64,000 bases of DNA, taken from contig JAFYHG010000030.1 of the NCBI GenBank assembly GCA_017539265.1, positions 3,878 through 67,877 on the forward strand, read 5' to 3'. Numbering within the stretch: position 1 is the stretch's first letter; every line of letters starts with the position of its first letter. Below, in pieces: positions 47,903 through 58,024 of this stretch. Source of the DNA: Alphaproteobacteria bacterium (lineage in GTDB: Bacteria > Pseudomonadota > Alphaproteobacteria > CAAHEQ01 > UBA3637). The position numbers and the translations under genes are program-made. The notes under the pieces were generated by a model. It made no database searches. It had not been told where the DNA came from and saw only the letters and a program-made list of their open reading frames with translations.

Positions 47903-48805
47903 ATGAAGCTAGAAAAAGTAAAAGTCAATAAAAAATATAGAATAAAATTTAAAGATGAGAAAAAGCCCTTTACAATTAATGCTGTAATCGTTGGTAATAA
48001 TGCAGAGGAAAATGCTTTGGAGTTTAAGTTTTATGACGATATTTATAAATGTCAGTATAGCGATATTCTAAAAATACAGTCACTGATTAAATTTAAGCTT
48101 AAAATGACCTTATGGACTTTAGGGGTTTTAATTTCTTTGCCGGTATTTGCTTTTCTAGGGTATAGATTTTATGAGTATAAAAATTGTAAAATAGGATCTA
48201 GCTGCGGTGATTACACATTCTCTTTAAGATATGGTCGTGTTAGTTTAGGGTGCGTTGCTAAACCCATCATTTATCTTTACCCCGAAAAGACAACAAATGT
48301 GACGGTGACGTTAGGGTATCCCGAAAAAGCGATACATACTTATCCGAAGTACAACAAACCATGGCAAGTACAAGCAGAACCAAATGGCGATTTAATGGAT
48401 TTGAATACAGGGCGCCATTATTATGCTCTCTATTGGGAGGGTAAAAAATCAGTTTCTACTTCTAATCCTACCGAAGGTTTTATTGTAGCAGGCAAGGATA
48501 CTATCTCTTTCTTGGAAGACAAACTAGATCAATTAGGGTTAACTGAACGTGAAGCGAATGAATTCATTGTCTATTGGTTGCCAAAGTTGGAAAACGTAAA
48601 ATACAACCTCATTCGTTTTCAAACATTGTCTGAGCAAAATAAAAATATGCCACTTGATATTACACCGACACCCCGAACGCTCATTCGTGTGATGATGGAA
48701 TATAAAAATTTGGATAAACTGATTCAAGTTAAAGAACAAGTTTTACCACAAAAGCCACAACGCAACGGTTTTACAGTTGTAGAATGGGGTGGAACGAAAA
48801 TATAA
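47903..48805 (+). CDS. hypothetical membrane protein (300 aa; cytoplasmic N-terminus, one TM, periplasmic domain)
   Basis: RBS GGGGAG; TM helix LWTLGVLISLPVFAFLGY. Confidence 0.45.
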   Translation: MKLEKVKVNKKYRIKFKDEKKPFTINAVIVGNNAEENALEFKFYDDIYKCQYSDILKIQSLIKFKLKMTLWTLGVLISLPVFAFLGYRFYEYKNCKIGSSCGDYTFSLRYGRVSLGCVAKPIIYLYPEKTTNVTVTLGYPEKAIHTYPKYNKPWQVQAEPNGDLMDLNTGRHYYALYWEGKKSVSTSNPTEGFIVAGKDTISFLEDKLDQLGLTEREANEFIVYWLPKLENVKYNLIRFQTLSEQNKNMPLDITPTPRTLIRVMMEYKNLDKLIQVKEQVLPQKPQRNGFTVVEWGGTKI

Positions 48806-48940
48806 CCATTCTCATTATGCACAGAATTGCCCGCAAAAACCGCGTAAAGAAAAAATATCCGGTGAATATTTTTTCTGCGCAAAGCAATGAGACACAATGA
48901 ATTCAAGCGGTAACGCAAAATGAATTGATGTCGGAATTGA

Positions 48941-48974
48941 AGTCGCCCCGAAAGGCGACTTTTTTCTTTTTATT
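48941..48974 (+). terminator. intrinsic terminator AGTCGCC-ccgaaa-GGCGACT plus T-run
   Basis: read directly. Confidence 0.6.
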
Positions 48975-49038
48975 AGCTTTTCTTGTTGCACTAAAAAGAA
49001 TAATCATGTACAATAAGAAAAAGGAGTCGAAACTTTTT

Positions 49039-50280
49039 ATGATCTTATTAAAAAATGTTTTTCTGAATAGTAATATTTGTGATATCTTAATTGATGGAAA
49101 TAAAATTGCTAAAATTGCAGACAAGTTAAACACATCGGCAGATGAAATAATAGACTGTCGGGATAAAGCTATTTTACCGTCTTTCTGCAATACTCATACG
49201 CACGCCAGCATGATGTTTTTGCGTGGAATTGGCGAGGATAAAAACTTATTTGATTGGCTGAATCAAGACATTTTCCCCAGAGAAGCCAAATTAAAACCCG
49301 AACACTTTTATCCCCTTTCTCGGTATGCTATTTTGGAGATGATTAAGACGGGGACAACCTGTTTTACAGATATGTATTTTGAAGTCCCAGAAACGATAAG
49401 AGCTGTGGAAGAAATGGGGCTTCGGGCAATTATTCCTTATCCCGGCATGGACTTTTTTGATGAAGAAGAAGCTGAGAAGCGCATTCAACGAGCAATCAAA
49501 TATTTAGATAAACCCTCCCCAAATTCCAGAATAAAAAAAGCACTTTATTGTCATGCTATTTATACGTGCTCGCAGAAACTGGTTGAAGGATTTTCTGATT
49601 TAGCACAAAAATATGATGTCTATTTACAAATCCACGTTTCCGAAGCACAAAAAGAAGTGGATGATTGCCTTCAGAAATATGGGTGTCGTCCTGTTGAATT
49701 GCTGTATAAATGGGGTATTATGGGGCCCAAAACATTATTTGCACATGCCGTCCATCTGAATGATGAGGAAATTGAGTTAGTCAAAAAAACGGGAACTGTT
49801 TTGGCTCACTGTCCAACCTCTAATTTAAAGTTAGGCTCAGGTCAAATGAATTTACAGAGGTATCTGGATGCCGGTGTAAAGTTGACATTAGGAACAGATG
49901 GTGTGTCGTCCAATAATTCTCTTTCTATGATCTCAGAAATGAAGTTTGCAGCGTTGTCAGCTAAAAACAAAGCCGCTTCCGTTTTGGCCGGAAAAGTGGA
50001 TGACATCTTTCAAATAGCTACCCAAAACGGTTTCAATGCGTTTGGAATAAAAGCCGGTGAGATTAAGGTAGGATATCTGGCTGATTTTATATTGGTGGAT
50101 ATGAACAATCAATTTCTTTTACCAAACAATAATTTGAAATCAAATATGATTTATGCGGCAGATAGTTCTTGTATCACCGATGTTTTTTGTGATGGAAAGG
50201 CTGTAATGAAGAACAGAATCATTCCTCATGAAGCAGAGATTATTGCTGATTTTAAACACGTTTGTTCAGATCTTTTATAG
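49039..50280 (+). CDS. amidohydrolase-family deaminase (MTA/SAH deaminase / chlorohydrolase-like)
   Basis: N-terminal MILLKNV...ILPSFCNTHTHASMMFLRG metal-binding HxH; C-terminal H...H...D; start at 49039 with RBS AAAAGGAG (ORF track extends upstream to 48925). Confidence 0.7.
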   Translation: MILLKNVFLNSNICDILIDGNKIAKIADKLNTSADEIIDCRDKAILPSFCNTHTHASMMFLRGIGEDKNLFDWLNQDIFPREAKLKPEHFYPLSRYAILEMIKTGTTCFTDMYFEVPETIRAVEEMGLRAIIPYPGMDFFDEEEAEKRIQRAIKYLDKPSPNSRIKKALYCHAIYTCSQKLVEGFSDLAQKYDVYLQIHVSEAQKEVDDCLQKYGCRPVELLYKWGIMGPKTLFAHAVHLNDEEIELVKKTGTVLAHCPTSNLKLGSGQMNLQRYLDAGVKLTLGTDGVSSNNSLSMISEMKFAALSAKNKAASVLAGKVDDIFQIATQNGFNAFGIKAGEIKVGYLADFILVDMNNQFLLPNNNLKSNMIYAADSSCITDVFCDGKAVMKNRIIPHEAEIIADFKHVCSDLL

Positions 50281-50325
50281 ATAAAAATCGATAAGATTAG
50301 TTCGAACTTCCGCCTCCATGTTCCG

Positions 50326-50376
50326 CCATGAAAAAGATTCGTCGTTAGGCGGATTTTTTAATGGCGTCGTGCGGAC
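50326..50376 (+). repeat. copy 2 of the dispersed about 50-bp repeat
   Basis: see 47423-47474. Confidence 0.65.
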
Positions 50377-50391
50377 GAAAGAAACAATAAA

Positions 50392-50419
50392 AATAACCTC
50401 AGCCGAAACTGAGGTTATT
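50392..50419 (-). terminator. hairpin AATAACCTCAG-ccgaaa-CTGAGGTTATT between convergent genes (a T-run follows on the minus strand)
   Basis: read directly. Confidence 0.55.
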
Positions 50420-50435
50420 GTGATTTAGGGGAGGC

Positions 50436-51095
50436 TTATCGACCATCGAACGATTTCGGGTATTTTATACGAAATAATGTAACTTCGGCTCTTTTGATGA
50501 TTTGACGTAACTGGGTTGGAGCCATTTGCTCGTCTATCTGCTTTAGGTTCGCATTCAATTCGCGACGTTGCTTGGCTTTTTCACTTATTTTATCAATACC
50601 CCTATCATTAACAATTCTTTCATCTTTTCTATAATATTCGTGTTCAACAACTTTATCCTCTTTGAAGGTGCATTTTCTTTCTAATTGACCGTTTTCATAA
50701 TATTCTTCATATGAGCCATCAACTTTTCCGTCCTTGAAGTTTCCTTTTCTCCTTAATTGACCGTTTTCGTAATATTCTTCATACGAGCCATTAAATTCTC
50801 CATCCTTGAAGGTGCATCTTCTTCTAGGTTGACCATTTTCGTAGTATTCTTCATACAAACCACGAAATTCCCCATCCCTATAGGTGCATTTTATACACAA
50901 TTGACCATTTTCATAATATTCTTCATATGGGCCATCAATTTTCCCATCCTTGTAGATGCATTTTATCTCCAACTGACCATTTTCATAATATTCTTCATAT
51001 GGCCCTTGTCTTTGGCCGGTTTTATCAAAGGTATAGGCACGTTTTACTTTGCCGCTTTTATAATATTTTACGTTGGGGACTAATTTTGATGTCAT
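50436..51095 (-). CDS. MORN-variant (YwqK-like) repeat protein with 6 tandem 23-aa repeats
   Basis: repeats of the form G-x-YEEYYENGQL-x-x-K-C-x-(F/Y)-KDGK-x-D, about 69-bp nucleotide periodicity. Confidence 0.6.
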   Translation of the reverse strand: MTSKLVPNVKYYKSGKVKRAYTFDKTGQRQGPYEEYYENGQLEIKCIYKDGKIDGPYEEYYENGQLCIKCTYRDGEFRGLYEEYYENGQPRRRCTFKDGEFNGSYEEYYENGQLRRKGNFKDGKVDGSYEEYYENGQLERKCTFKEDKVVEHEYYRKDERIVNDRGIDKISEKAKQRRELNANLKQIDEQMAPTQLRQIIKRAEVTLFRIKYPKSFDGR

Positions 51096-51216
51096 GATTA
51101 CCTCCTTTATTATTTAAACACGACATAGTCGCATTATATCATAATTTGGGAATTATGTAAAGTTTTAATCTTTTTATGATTCAACTTTTATCTCTCATTT
51201 TGCGTAGGATTTTTTA

Positions 51217-51250
51217 CCATCAAAAAGATCCGTCATTAGGTGTTTTTTTG
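51217..51250 (+). repeat. copy 3 (diverged, partial) of the dispersed repeat
   Basis: CCATCAAAAAGATCCGTCATTAGGTGTTTTTTT. Confidence 0.45.
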
Positions 51251-51349
51251 TGGGAAAAATTAAAAAAGTATTAAATTCACTTTTTTATTTTAAAAATTTT
51301 ATTGCAATTTTTATACTGTTGTCTTACAATGGAGGTTGAGTTAAATTTT

Positions 51350-53089
51350 ATGGGGTATTACATGAAAAGTTTCTTTTTTAAGCTTTTTATCATTTCTTGT
51401 GTTTTATTGTTTTTCTTCGTATATGTACGAAATGTTTCGAATACATCTGTTTCGGGTGATCCTGCCGAAGTTGCTCTCAGTGACAAATATGCCCCAATGA
51501 CACGCTCTGAACGTAAAATTATTTCTGATTTAATAGTGCAAACTATTCGCGATGGTCTTGATGGTAAACAAATTAATTATCCCGATTTAGATGCTTATCC
51601 GCCTAAGTGGCGTGCGCTCAAAACGGTTTATACAACGATTAATATCGGAAGTAAGTTACGAGGATGTCAAGGTAATTTTAAGCAAGAAAAACCCTTTTTA
51701 CACGCCATTGTAGATTCGGCTTATGCTGCCGCTTTTCGGGATTCTCGTTTTTCAAAACTGACGCAAAAGGAATTTGAAGATCCGGATTTTAATTTTTATA
51801 TCACGGTTTTGAGTGAAAAAAAGCCTTTATCCTTTAAAGATGAAAAAGATATTATCCGGCAGTTAGTACCTTTTCAGTATGGTGTTATTTTGACCTATAA
51901 GCCTGAAAATAAATCTGAAAAGCGGGGGTTGTTCTTACCCAGTGTCTGGAAAAAGAATCCGGATCCGAAACAATTTTGGCAAAAACTAAAAAAGAAAGCC
52001 CATATCAAAGAAAACTTTTTTTCTAATCAGTTTCAGGTCACTTATTTCCCTGCGGAAACTATTCGTGATTTGGATTTCATACAGAGACAAGATGAAGTGC
52101 GGATTCAGTCTGCTTTAACGGCATATAAAAAATTGTTTCAATCAGACGGACATGTTCAATATGAAGTTAACTTTGGAAAGGAAGAAGGAACTGATAAAAA
52201 CAATCTTGTACGGGAAATGGGCTCCGGTTATGGATTAGCATATACTTATTACATTACTCATGATCAGACACTGCAACCCATAGTGAAACGCTTTTTAACA
52301 TATGTCCAATCCATGACTGTTCCTCATCGGAATGGTGTTTTGATATCTGATAATCCAGATAAAGCTCCCGCCGGCGCTTCCGCTTTTGCCTTATTGGCAA
52401 TTCTCTATTATGAACAAGAATCTCAAGATACCTCTTTTCGGCAGTTAAGGGAGAATATAAAGAACGGATTAGTTTCCTTATTTGAGGAAAATGTTGGTAT
52501 TCACAGGTCTCCGATCTGTAAAGCGACATCGCCCCATTATGATGGAGAAACTTGGCTATCTTTAGTTATGTATCATATTTTCTACCCTGAAGATAAAATA
52601 TTGTCTAAATTGATACCGAATTTTAATAAAACAATGTATGATAAATATAGTGATAAATATTTATATAGTTTTTTTCATTGGGGAACGCAGGCGGCAGCGC
52701 ATTATTTTGCGAAGACGCAAGATCCGCTTATGCATGATTTTTTGAAAAAGCAACTTAATATTTATATTGATACTATTCCTTTTCAGGCCAAATTTTCTAC
52801 CTGTTCCTACGCGGAAGGTTTAGGGGAAGCGGCATTGGCTTTGCAGGGCAGGGATGAAGCTCTCTACAAAAAAGTTTTAGTTCGCCTTGAAAACCAGTTA
52901 GATGCTGTGCGTCTATTGCAAGACGTTCTATTTCAGAAAGATAAACAAGGAAAAGTTAATTTAAATGCCAAACCTTATCTGGGTTTGTTCCTAAGAGCAC
53001 CTAATCGGTTAAAAACGAGGAACGATGTTACCCAACATTGTTTATCGGCACTTTTGAAGGCTCAACTTGTTTTTCGTAACGTACAGTAA
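51350..53089 (+). CDS. membrane-anchored AMMECR1-domain protein with a 330-aa C-terminal extension of unknown function
   Basis: LRGCQG and RGLFLPSVW correspond to the AMMECR1 LRGCIG / FLPQVW motifs; start uncertain (51302, 51329, 51350 and 51362 are all candidates). Confidence 0.5.
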   Translation: MGYYMKSFFFKLFIISCVLLFFFVYVRNVSNTSVSGDPAEVALSDKYAPMTRSERKIISDLIVQTIRDGLDGKQINYPDLDAYPPKWRALKTVYTTINIGSKLRGCQGNFKQEKPFLHAIVDSAYAAAFRDSRFSKLTQKEFEDPDFNFYITVLSEKKPLSFKDEKDIIRQLVPFQYGVILTYKPENKSEKRGLFLPSVWKKNPDPKQFWQKLKKKAHIKENFFSNQFQVTYFPAETIRDLDFIQRQDEVRIQSALTAYKKLFQSDGHVQYEVNFGKEEGTDKNNLVREMGSGYGLAYTYYITHDQTLQPIVKRFLTYVQSMTVPHRNGVLISDNPDKAPAGASAFALLAILYYEQESQDTSFRQLRENIKNGLVSLFEENVGIHRSPICKATSPHYDGETWLSLVMYHIFYPEDKILSKLIPNFNKTMYDKYSDKYLYSFFHWGTQAAAHYFAKTQDPLMHDFLKKQLNIYIDTIPFQAKFSTCSYAEGLGEAALALQGRDEALYKKVLVRLENQLDAVRLLQDVLFQKDKQGKVNLNAKPYLGLFLRAPNRLKTRNDVTQHCLSALLKAQLVFRNVQ

Positions 53090-53284
53090 GAAAAAGGAAT
53101 GTTTAAGGCATCTTTGTTTAAACTTGTCTTGAACCAGATGTGAATTTAAAATCCACTAAAACATGTTTTGTTAGGAAATTATTGCTTGTTATATTTTCGA
53201 ATCTCCTCTAAAAAATTTTAGTTTCCTATTGACGCAAATAAAATAATCAGTTATGATGCGGAAGATTGAGAAAGGGGAAATAAC

Positions 53285-56200
53285 ATGTCCGATAATTTAT
53301 TAAAATCAAGACGATTTTTGCCGCTGTTGCTGACACAATTTTTTGGGGCTTTAAACGATAATTTATTCAAAAATGCTTTACTGATGTTGGTAACGGTGCG
53401 TATGGCGGATAAGGCAGATATCTTATCCAACGTGATTGCGGCTCTTTTTATTTTGCCTTTCTTTTTATTTTCGGCAACGGCGGGGGAGGTATCCGATAAA
53501 TATGATCGGTCCCGTGTGGCACGCACTCTAAAAGTGCTGGAATTGATTTTAATGGTGGGTGTCGGGATTGTTTATTTAATCAAAAGTCTGCCTTGTTTAG
53601 TTGTTTTGTTGGCGTTGATGGGGGCACAATCGGCGTTTTTTGGCCCCGTTAAATACGCCCTTTTGCCGCAGCAATTAAAACCCCGTGAATTGGTGGCCGG
53701 TAACGCCTATGTTGAGGCCTCAACTTATATAGCTATTTTATTGGGGTTAATTATCGGAACACTTTTACCGGTTGAAGGCGTCATTTTTCTTTTAATCACT
53801 TTGGCAACGGTGGGGGTTATATCCGCATGGAATATTCCTAAGGCTCAACCGGCGCGTCCCGATGCCGTTATCTCCAAAAATATTTTAAAAGCTACCCTTC
53901 AAACGCTTTCCCTTATCCGCCAGAATAAAATCGTTTTTCGATCGATTTTGGGGGCAACTTGGTTTTGGACAATCGGTGCCTTTATTGCGGTCCAAATTTA
54001 TCCGCTATCGGGTAATATTCTGCACGTATCGAATACGGTGATTACTTTCTTTTTAATTTTATTTTCCGTTGGGGTTGCATTGGGATCTTTGGCCTGTGAA
54101 ATGTTGATGAAAGAAGTCATTCATACGACCTATATTCCCATTACGGCGTTGGCTATCGGTGTATGTTTCTACATGCTTTATGCGTTGACAAGCGGCTATC
54201 CGACCTTTAACAATGTTGTCGGTTTTGCGGATTTCTTTTTCGAAAGACCGCATGCGGTTTGGGTAAGTTTATCCCTGTTCTTCCTGGCCTTTTTCGGCGG
54301 TTTATATATTGTCCCTTTAAATGCCTTGATACAGGCCAAAGCACCTAAGGCCTACACGGCAACTGTGATTGGGGGTAATAATATTTTAAACGCCGCCGGT
54401 ATGGCCGGAATTTCCATTTTAGCCATTGTTTTATTGTCGATGGGCCTGACAATCCCGCAACTGTTTTTATTGGTTGCAATTGCCAGTATCGGGGTCTTTT
54501 TCTACATTTGCAAATTATTACCGGATGCTCTCTTACGCTCTATTTTACAAGGTTTATTTGGCCTTTTCTTTCGGGTGCATTTAGAGGGTGTTCAAAATTT
54601 TAGAAAGGCTGGTAATCGAGTTTTATTGATTGCCAATCATACTTCGCTATTAGACGGCCTTTTGATTGCAACCTTTATGCCGGATCGGGTGACTTTTGCC
54701 ATCAATACGGAATGGGCTAAAAAGTGGTTTGTTAAACCCTTTGGCTTATTGGTGGATTTGTATCCGTTGGATCCCACCAATCCGATGGCAATTCGTTCCC
54801 TGATTAACGAAGTCAAACAAAACAAGAAAGTAATGATATTCCCCGAAGGTCGTATCAGTGTTACCGGGGGCCTGATGAAGGTTTATGAGGGGGCAGGGGT
54901 TGTTGCCCAAAAAGCAGAGGCCAAAATCGTGCCGGTTCGCATTAATGGTGCGCAGTTCAGTAAGTTTTCATACCTTAAAAATAAACTGAAAACACGGGCT
55001 TTCCCAAAAATCAATATGACCATTTTACCCCCCAGAAAGTTTGTTATTCCGGAAGGTGTTATCGGTCGGGATCAAAGGCATTATATTTCCATGCAACTGT
55101 ATGATTTGATGGCGGATATGATGTATGAAACATCCAATATCGATGAGCATTTATTTAGCTCCCTTTTGAAATCGGCCGATTTATACGGTTGGAATCAAAA
55201 GATTGCCGAAGATATTTCCCGTAAACCCTTAACCTATGACGGCTTAATTAAGAAAGCATATGTATTGGGAAAAGCCTGTGAATCTCAATTCCCCGAAGAT
55301 TATGTGGCCTTAATGCTTCCTAACGGCCTTGCCAATGTGGTGGCATTTTTTGCCTTGCAATCGGTGGATAAAGTGCCGGTCATGCTTAATTTCTCGCAGG
55401 GGATCGGACAAATTATTTCCTGTATCAATACCGTTCGGGTAAAGACGGTTATAACCTCTAAACTCTTCATTCGGATGGCGCATTTGGAAGAGGTCGAAAA
55501 AGCAATTAAAGAAAACGGTACTAAGATTATTTATATGGAGCGTTTCGCCCAAAAGATACCTTTTTCGGATAAGATGAAAGGGCTGGATAAATATATGATG
55601 AAAGAAAAACCGTGGAATTCGGCGGATAAACCGGCGGTTATCCTTTTCACTTCCGGATCGGAAGGGATGCCTAAGGCGGTTCTTTTATCGCATAAAAATT
55701 TACAGGCCAATCGCTATCAAATCATCAGTATTATGGCCTTTAATTCTTCTGATGTGTTCTTTAACGCTCTTCCGATGTTCCATTCATTCGGACTTTCGGT
55801 TGGAACAATTATTCCGGTTTTATCGGGTATAAAAACATTCTTTTATCCGTCGCCACTGCATTATCGGATTGTGCCGGAGTTGGTTTACGATACCAATGCA
55901 ACAATTGTATGTGGAACGGATACGTTCTTTTTCGGATACGGCCGAATGGGGCACCCATACGACTTCTTTAACATAAAGTATGCCGTTGTGGGTGGGGAAA
56001 AACTCAAAGAAACAACTGCGGATTTGTGGATGAAGAAATTCGGTGTCCGGATTTTGGAAGGCTATGGCTCCACCGAAACGGCTCCTGTTTTATCCCTTAA
56101 TACTCCCATGAATGTTAAATTTGGAACAGTCGGGCGATTTGTGCCACATATTACCTATAAAATTAAGCCTGTTCCCGGTGTTGAAAATGGTGGCCAACTT

Positions 56201-56653
56201 TGGGTACAAGGTGATAATGTGATGCTTGGATATATGAAATCGGATAAGCCGGGTAAATTACAACCGGCTAAAGATCATTGGTATGATACGGGTGATATTG
56301 TTTCTATTGATGAAGATGGGTTTATTTCCATTCAAGGTCGAGCCAAACGTTTTGCCAAAATTGCCGGTGAAATGGTGTCTTTGACATCTGTTGAGCAAGC
56401 GGTTGACCAACTTTATTCGGGTGCTATTCAAGGTATTTTAACAGAACCGGATGAAAAGAAAGGCGAACAGCTAGTCCTTATCACAAATCATGAAAAACCG
56501 TCCGTTGCAGAGCTGAGGAAATTCTTTAAAGAAAAAGGTTTTAGTGAACTCTGGATTCCTAAAAATGTGGTTTATATGAAAAATCCCCCTGTTTTGGGAA
56601 CGGGCAAATTTGATTATCAGACTGCAAAAAAAATGATACAGGACAAGAAATAA
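53285..56653 (+). CDS. aas: fused lysophospholipid transporter LplT (MFS) plus 2-acyl-GPE acyltransferase / acyl-ACP synthetase Aas
   Basis: 12-TM MFS N-terminal half; PlsC-type HX4D (ANHTSLLDG) and FPEGR motifs; AMP-binding motifs TSGSEGMPK, YGSTE, GWYDTGD. Confidence 0.8.
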   Translation: MSDNLLKSRRFLPLLLTQFFGALNDNLFKNALLMLVTVRMADKADILSNVIAALFILPFFLFSATAGEVSDKYDRSRVARTLKVLELILMVGVGIVYLIKSLPCLVVLLALMGAQSAFFGPVKYALLPQQLKPRELVAGNAYVEASTYIAILLGLIIGTLLPVEGVIFLLITLATVGVISAWNIPKAQPARPDAVISKNILKATLQTLSLIRQNKIVFRSILGATWFWTIGAFIAVQIYPLSGNILHVSNTVITFFLILFSVGVALGSLACEMLMKEVIHTTYIPITALAIGVCFYMLYALTSGYPTFNNVVGFADFFFERPHAVWVSLSLFFLAFFGGLYIVPLNALIQAKAPKAYTATVIGGNNILNAAGMAGISILAIVLLSMGLTIPQLFLLVAIASIGVFFYICKLLPDALLRSILQGLFGLFFRVHLEGVQNFRKAGNRVLLIANHTSLLDGLLIATFMPDRVTFAINTEWAKKWFVKPFGLLVDLYPLDPTNPMAIRSLINEVKQNKKVMIFPEGRISVTGGLMKVYEGAGVVAQKAEAKIVPVRINGAQFSKFSYLKNKLKTRAFPKINMTILPPRKFVIPEGVIGRDQRHYISMQLYDLMADMMYETSNIDEHLFSSLLKSADLYGWNQKIAEDISRKPLTYDGLIKKAYVLGKACESQFPEDYVALMLPNGLANVVAFFALQSVDKVPVMLNFSQGIGQIISCINTVRVKTVITSKLFIRMAHLEEVEKAIKENGTKIIYMERFAQKIPFSDKMKGLDKYMMKEKPWNSADKPAVILFTSGSEGMPKAVLLSHKNLQANRYQIISIMAFNSSDVFFNALPMFHSFGLSVGTIIPVLSGIKTFFYPSPLHYRIVPELVYDTNATIVCGTDTFFFGYGRMGHPYDFFNIKYAVVGGEKLKETTADLWMKKFGVRILEGYGSTETAPVLSLNTPMNVKFGTVGRFVPHITYKIKPVPGVENGGQLWVQGDNVMLGYMKSDKPGKLQPAKDHWYDTGDIVSIDEDGFISIQGRAKRFAKIAGEMVSLTSVEQAVDQLYSGAIQGILTEPDEKKGEQLVLITNHEKPSVAELRKFFKEKGFSELWIPKNVVYMKNPPVLGTGKFDYQTAKKMIQDKK

Positions 56654-56656
56654 AGT

Positions 56657-57310
56657 TTAAGCATTAAGGGCAGGATGATCTTTTAAAAATTGTTCTTGCA
56701 GTTGTTTGACGTTTCCTTGAAGGATTAATGTCCATTTTTTGTTATCTTCTTTCGTATGGAACAAGGGTTTTCCGATATACACATCCGTAATAAACGGGAC
56801 AAAAATACCTTCATTTTTCGGGAGAGATTTTTCCGTTCCGTGGATAAATATGGGGATAACGGGAACCTTTGGAAAACTTTGTGTCAGATGCGCAATACCG
56901 GTTTTAAAATCTTGTAAACGGCTGCTGTTTCCGCGAGTTCCCTCGGGAAAAATAATCAGGATTTCTTTTTTCTTTAATGCTTTTTTTGCTTCCATAAATA
57001 TATCCTGATGCATTTGTAAAAAAGGGTTTCGTTTTAGGGGAATAATACCGATAAGCTTTTGAAAAATAAACCTCTTAAACGGGGTATTGCAAAAATAATC
57101 AGCGGCAGCCATGGGATGAATATGCACTATTTTAGCAGAAGAATAAAGGCTCATCAAAACCAAAGTATCTAGATGTGAATTATGGTTAGCAACCAATATT
57201 GCCGGCCCCGATAGGGGGAGATGTTCCCCGCCATGAACACTGACACCCATCACTAAATTGATGAAAGGTCTTACAATACCCGCGAAAAAGAGATATTTTG
57301 AAATGTTCAT
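56657..57310 (-). CDS. plsC: 1-acyl-sn-glycerol-3-phosphate acyltransferase
   Basis: NHNSHLD (HX4D) and FPEGTRG motifs. Confidence 0.8.
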   Translation of the reverse strand: MNISKYLFFAGIVRPFINLVMGVSVHGGEHLPLSGPAILVANHNSHLDTLVLMSLYSSAKIVHIHPMAAADYFCNTPFKRFIFQKLIGIIPLKRNPFLQMHQDIFMEAKKALKKKEILIIFPEGTRGNSSRLQDFKTGIAHLTQSFPKVPVIPIFIHGTEKSLPKNEGIFVPFITDVYIGKPLFHTKEDNKKWTLILQGNVKQLQEQFLKDHPALNA

Positions 57311-58008
57311 TTATTCTTTTTTTCAAATACGGCTATTTCTTTGTTTAGGCAATTAACACGCCGGATAACCGTTATTTGCCCCAAAACAAAGAAAAGAAGC
57401 ATCACTATTTCCAAATAACTTAAATGCATATTTCCGATTTGAATAAATGGTGCGTTATAAATGTAGCCAAGCCATTGAAACAAAGCAAAGACCATCATTA
57501 AAACCAACCGTTGTACTTTATCCAACGGGCCACAGGTCTGCCATGTAAAACCTAGAGCTTTACTCAGCATTCCCGAATAACTTACCAAAAACATTGTACA
57601 TAGTCCCATCAGGCCGATTAAGGGATGACATAAAGGACTGAGTGCAATTCCGCCGACCACGAAGCAATCGCCATATCTGTCAGGTAGGGCATTAATGATT
57701 TTTCCGTGAATTTTTTTATCATCGCCGCGAATAAAGGCCAATAATCCATCAAAAGTATTGAAGGTCATTCTTAACAGGGTCAAAAGAATTACGCATAAAA
57801 ACAGGGTAGGATTTTTTGAACCATAGTAAAAGCAAATACCGGTCAGGAATGTAATTGCAACGGCCATCCAACTGAAAACATCGGGATGGATAAAGGAAAG
57901 TTTTTGTCCGATTGGCAACAAAAGGTTCCGAAACGGATATTTAAATTGGTGCAGGGACATATCCCCCTTGGGTGTTTTAAATTTTTTAATTGTTTTTTTT
58001 GCAGTCAT
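57307..58008 (-). CDS. CDP-alcohol phosphatidyltransferase family protein (Pcs/PgsA-like, loose motif)
   Basis: multi-TM; FDGLLAF...G...DRYGD approximates DG-x2-AR-x8-G-x3-D-x3-D; overlaps the plsC start. Confidence 0.45.
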   Translation of the reverse strand: MTAKKTIKKFKTPKGDMSLHQFKYPFRNLLLPIGQKLSFIHPDVFSWMAVAITFLTGICFYYGSKNPTLFLCVILLTLLRMTFNTFDGLLAFIRGDDKKIHGKIINALPDRYGDCFVVGGIALSPLCHPLIGLMGLCTMFLVSYSGMLSKALGFTWQTCGPLDKVQRLVLMMVFALFQWLGYIYNAPFIQIGNMHLSYLEIVMLLFFVLGQITVIRRVNCLNKEIAVFEKKNK

Positions 58009-58024
58009 TTTATTTTCCTTTCAT

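Noticed and set aside
45533-53100. Intact mobile element (prophage, ICE or IS) next to tRNA-Ser
   Set aside because: att-like repeats are present, but no integrase, transposase, relaxase, or phage structural or replication gene is found anywhere in the window. Interpreted as a decayed island rather than an active element.
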